A stretch of DNA of 61,873 nt, counting the filler. It is 6 parts of 6 records of this genome, joined end to end, with 100 filler letters (N's around TTAATTAATTAA, not from the genome) between each part and the next. Parts side by side here need not be neighbours in the genome. Positions count along the whole stretch, not along the records: positions 48,218 to 61,873 come from SRR31147125_31485; 5 more parts are not named here. One strand, written 5' to 3'. Every line of letters begins with the position of its first letter. Within the stretch, counting starts at the first letter, position 1. The translations under genes were made by a program, and so were the position numbers. Shown one piece after another: positions 59,391 through 61,873 of this stretch. The notes below the pieces were generated by a model, which was given only the letters and a program-made list of their open reading frames with translations, ran no database searches and was not told the DNA's origin.

Positions 59391-60177
59391 TAGCATAAAA
59401 AAAACAATCAAGGTGGCTCTCGGAGTTTGCCTTGTCTGTTCTATTCTTGTTTCCACTGCAGCTGTATCGTTGCATAGCAAGCAGGAAGAAAACAAGAAAC
59501 TGGACAAATTAAAAAACATCCTGATGGCAGGCGATTTATTAACGGATGAATCTAAGATTGAAGAAACATATAATAGCAAAATAAAGCCTGAAATCGTGGA
59601 TTTAAGTACGGGTGCCATAATACCAGAATCGGATTATAATGAATCGTTAAACATTGAGACATTCGATATCAAAGCCATGGCAAAAGACCCTCAATATGGT
59701 CAACTCATTCCAGCCAGACATGATCTGGCAAGCATTAAAAGAATGCCAAAGTACATGCCTATTTATGAGGTTAAAGGTGAAAATGAAATAGATATGTACA
59801 TTTTGCCCATTTACGGAAAGGGCCTTTGGTCAACCATGTACGGCTTTCTTGCTCTTGGGAAAGACTTGAAGACAATAAAAGGATTTACCTTTTATGAGCA
59901 CGGCGAAACACCCGGACTTGGTGGCGAAGTGGATAATCCCAAATGGAAACAATTATGGCAAGGTAAACAAGCTTTCGATGATGACTGGAATATTAAAATA
60001 ACAGTCATTAAAGGATTAGTAGACAAAACAAGTAAAGATGCAAAATATCAAGTAGATGGACTATCCGGCTCTACTCTGACGACTCGTGGCGTTGATCAAC
60101 TGGTAAAATTCTGGCTCGGAGAGGATGGTTACGGTCCCTTTATAAGTAAGCTGAGAGAGGAAGGGATAAATGGCTAA
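59380..60177 (+). CDS. nqrC: Na+-NQR subunit C
   Basis: [21 protein letters not shown] and [10 protein letters not shown]. Confidence 0.95.
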   Translation: MSDDSIKKTIKVALGVCLVCSILVSTAAVSLHSKQEENKKLDKLKNILMAGDLLTDESKIEETYNSKIKPEIVDLSTGAIIPESDYNESLNIETFDIKAMAKDPQYGQLIPARHDLASIKRMPKYMPIYEVKGENEIDMYILPIYGKGLWSTMYGFLALGKDLKTIKGFTFYEHGETPGLGGEVDNPKWKQLWQGKQAFDDDWNIKITVIKGLVDKTSKDAKYQVDGLSGSTLTTRGVDQLVKFWLGEDGYGPFISKLREEGING

Positions 60178-60790
60178 TTATAAAAAAGTATTACTGGATC
60201 CCCTTTTTGATAACAATCCCATTGCAAAACAGATTTTGGGAATCTGCTCTGCACTCGCAGTAACCTCTAAATTGGAACCAACAATCGTTATGTCTATATC
60301 AGTCATATTTGTTGTTGCTCTTTCCAATTTATCTGTGAGCTTGATCAGAGAATCTATACCAACAAGTATCAGAATTATCGTAGAGATGACCATTATTGCA
60401 TCTCTCGTTATCATAGCTGATCAGCTAATCAAAGCCTATGCGTTTAACGTGAGTAAACAATTATCCGTATATGTTGGACTCATAATTACAAACTGTATAG
60501 TTATGGGACGAGCTGAAGGCTATGCACTTAAAAATCCCCCGCTCGAGAGTTTTTGGGATGGTATTGGCAACGGTTTAGGCTATAGCCTGGTCCTGCTGAT
60601 CGTAGGAACACTTCGGGAACTATTTGGAGCTGGCAAACTGCTTGGATACACGATATTGAGAGTGAACACAGAGGGTGGTTGGTATGTACCAAATGGTCTT
60701 TTCGTCCTGCCCGCAAGCGCATTTCTCATTATTGGCTTATTCATTTGGGCCGTCAGAACCTGGAAACCAGAACAAATTGAAGAGGGATAA
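60170..60790 (+). CDS. nqrD: Na+-NQR subunit D
   Basis: [16 protein letters not shown] and [14 protein letters not shown]. Confidence 0.96.
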   Translation: MANYKKVLLDPLFDNNPIAKQILGICSALAVTSKLEPTIVMSISVIFVVALSNLSVSLIRESIPTSIRIIVEMTIIASLVIIADQLIKAYAFNVSKQLSVYVGLIITNCIVMGRAEGYALKNPPLESFWDGIGNGLGYSLVLLIVGTLRELFGAGKLLGYTILRVNTEGGWYVPNGLFVLPASAFLIIGLFIWAVRTWKPEQIEEG

Positions 60791-60792
60791 AA

Positions 60793-61404
60793 ATGTTGGA
60801 ACATTATCTAAGTCTGTTCATAAAGGCAATTTTTATTGAAAATATTGCACTTTCCCTGTTTCTTGGAATGTGCACCTTTCTTGCCGTTTCGAAAAGAGTC
60901 GACACAGCTGTCGGCCTTGGGATCGCTGTCGTTGTCGTTCAGGCAATTACGATCCCGGTAAACAATCTCATTTACACTCACATCCTTACACCTGGAGCTC
61001 TCGCATGGGCCGGCTTACCTGACGTGGATCTTACCTTTCTGGGATTGATCACATACATCGGTGTCATAGCTGCCATGGTTCAAATTCTGGAAATGACACT
61101 TGACAAGTTTGTCCCGAAATTGTATAACGCGCTTGGTATTTTCCTTCCATTGATAACTGTCAACTGTGCGATTCTTGGTGGTTCACTTTTTATGGTGGAA
61201 AGAGATTACACATTTATGGAAAGTACCGTTTTCGGACTTGGTTCAGGTGCCGGTTTTGCTTTGGCTGTCATTGCCCTAGCTGGCATCAGGGAAAAAATGA
61301 AATATAGCAATGTTCCCAAAGGGCTAAGAGGTCTCGGAATAACATTTATCACAGCCGGTTTAATGGCTATCGCTTTTATGTTGTTTTCAGGAATTCAACT
61401 TTAA
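60793..61404 (+). CDS. nqrE: Na+-NQR subunit E
   Basis: [23 protein letters not shown] and GLGITFI. Confidence 0.96.
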   Translation: MLEHYLSLFIKAIFIENIALSLFLGMCTFLAVSKRVDTAVGLGIAVVVVQAITIPVNNLIYTHILTPGALAWAGLPDVDLTFLGLITYIGVIAAMVQILEMTLDKFVPKLYNALGIFLPLITVNCAILGGSLFMVERDYTFMESTVFGLGSGAGFALAVIALAGIREKMKYSNVPKGLRGLGITFITAGLMAIAFMLFSGIQL

Positions 61405-61415
61405 GGAAATTATCA

Positions 61416-61873
61416 ATGGCTGGAATTAATTTAATCTTTCTCGGCGTTTTCATGTTCACTTTAATCGTTTTGGTGCTCGTGGCCATCATTCTTTTTGCCA
61501 AATCGAAATTGGTCACCAGTGGCAAAGCAAAAATTGTCATTAACGACGACCCGGAACATACGTTAGAAGTACCGACTGGCAATAAACTGCTTAATGCACT
61601 GTCAGAACAGAAAATATATCTTCCCTCAGCTTGTGGTGGCGGAGGAACATGTGGTGAATGTAGAGTTAAAATTATTGAAGGTGGCGGTGATGTTTTACCA
61701 ACTGAGCGCTCTGTACTAAATCGGAGACAGGTCAGAGAACATTACCGACTCTCATGTCAGGTTCCTGTTAAAGGAGACATGAAACTTGAAGTTCCGGCAG
61801 AAGTCTTTGAAATTAAAAAATGGGAATGCACTGTTCGTTCTAATGAAAATGTGGCCACCTTTATCAAGGAACT
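61416..61873 (+). CDS. nqrF: Na+-NQR subunit F (3'-truncated by the window end; absent from the ORF track)
   Basis: Manual translation: [22 protein letters not shown]...[12 protein letters not shown]...RLSCQV...[19 protein letters not shown] ([2Fe-2S] motif). Confidence 0.95.
   Translation, partial: MAGINLIFLGVFMFTLIVLVLVAIILFAKSKLVTSGKAKIVINDDPEHTLEVPTGNKLLNALSEQKIYLPSACGGGGTCGECRVKIIEGGGDVLPTERSVLNRRQVREHYRLSCQVPVKGDMKLEVPAEVFEIKKWECTVRSNENVATFIKE

Noticed and set aside
1-61873. CRISPR array, rRNA, tRNA, prophage or defence system
   Set aside because: No regularly spaced direct repeats, RNA gene signatures or recognisable cas, phage or defence ORFs were found by inspection.

Overview
The window is not one locus. 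It is six unrelated metagenomic contigs joined by 100-nt artificial linkers (N44-TTAATTAATTAA-N44) at 16648-16747, 22373-22472, 33303-33402, 40474-40573 and 48118-48217. All taxonomic assignments below are inferences from gene content and composition. Contig 1 (1-16647, Desulfobacterales-like) carries a PxxKW Cys-rich protein, kdsD-pfkA-parE-PilZ-MFS, a PilB ATPase fused to a C-terminal cyclic-nucleotide-binding domain, an ABC-F protein, ppdK and a membrane-tethered double cytochrome c3. Contig 2 (Bacteroidota-like) carries a hydrolase, a DUF4838 lipoprotein, a Na+/solute symporter and several REP-like palindromes. Contig 3 (Clostridia-like) is a glycoside utilisation locus (AraC, sugar ABC transporter, GH3, GH78, esterase). 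Contig 4 (Clostridia-like) has a transglutaminase-like gene and sortase B facing a lower-GC cluster of CotH kinase-metallophosphoesterase, beta-helix protein and VTC-domain protein. Contig 5 (Desulfobacteraceae-like) has an Mla/Pqi-like ABC system, eukaryote-type hisA, a minimal orphan flagellin, an MCP and a sigma54 regulator fragment. Contig 6 (Calditrichota/KSB1-like) has a repeat-rich secreted protein, a beta-barrel protein, an MFS transporter, selA and nqrABCDEF'. Five genes are split by single-base shifts in homopolymer runs, which are most likely assembly errors. The best candidates for undescribed biology are the PilB-cNMP fusion, the CotH/phosphoesterase/VTC cluster and the tethered di-tetraheme cytochrome. 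No rRNA, tRNA, CRISPR array or transposase was recognised.
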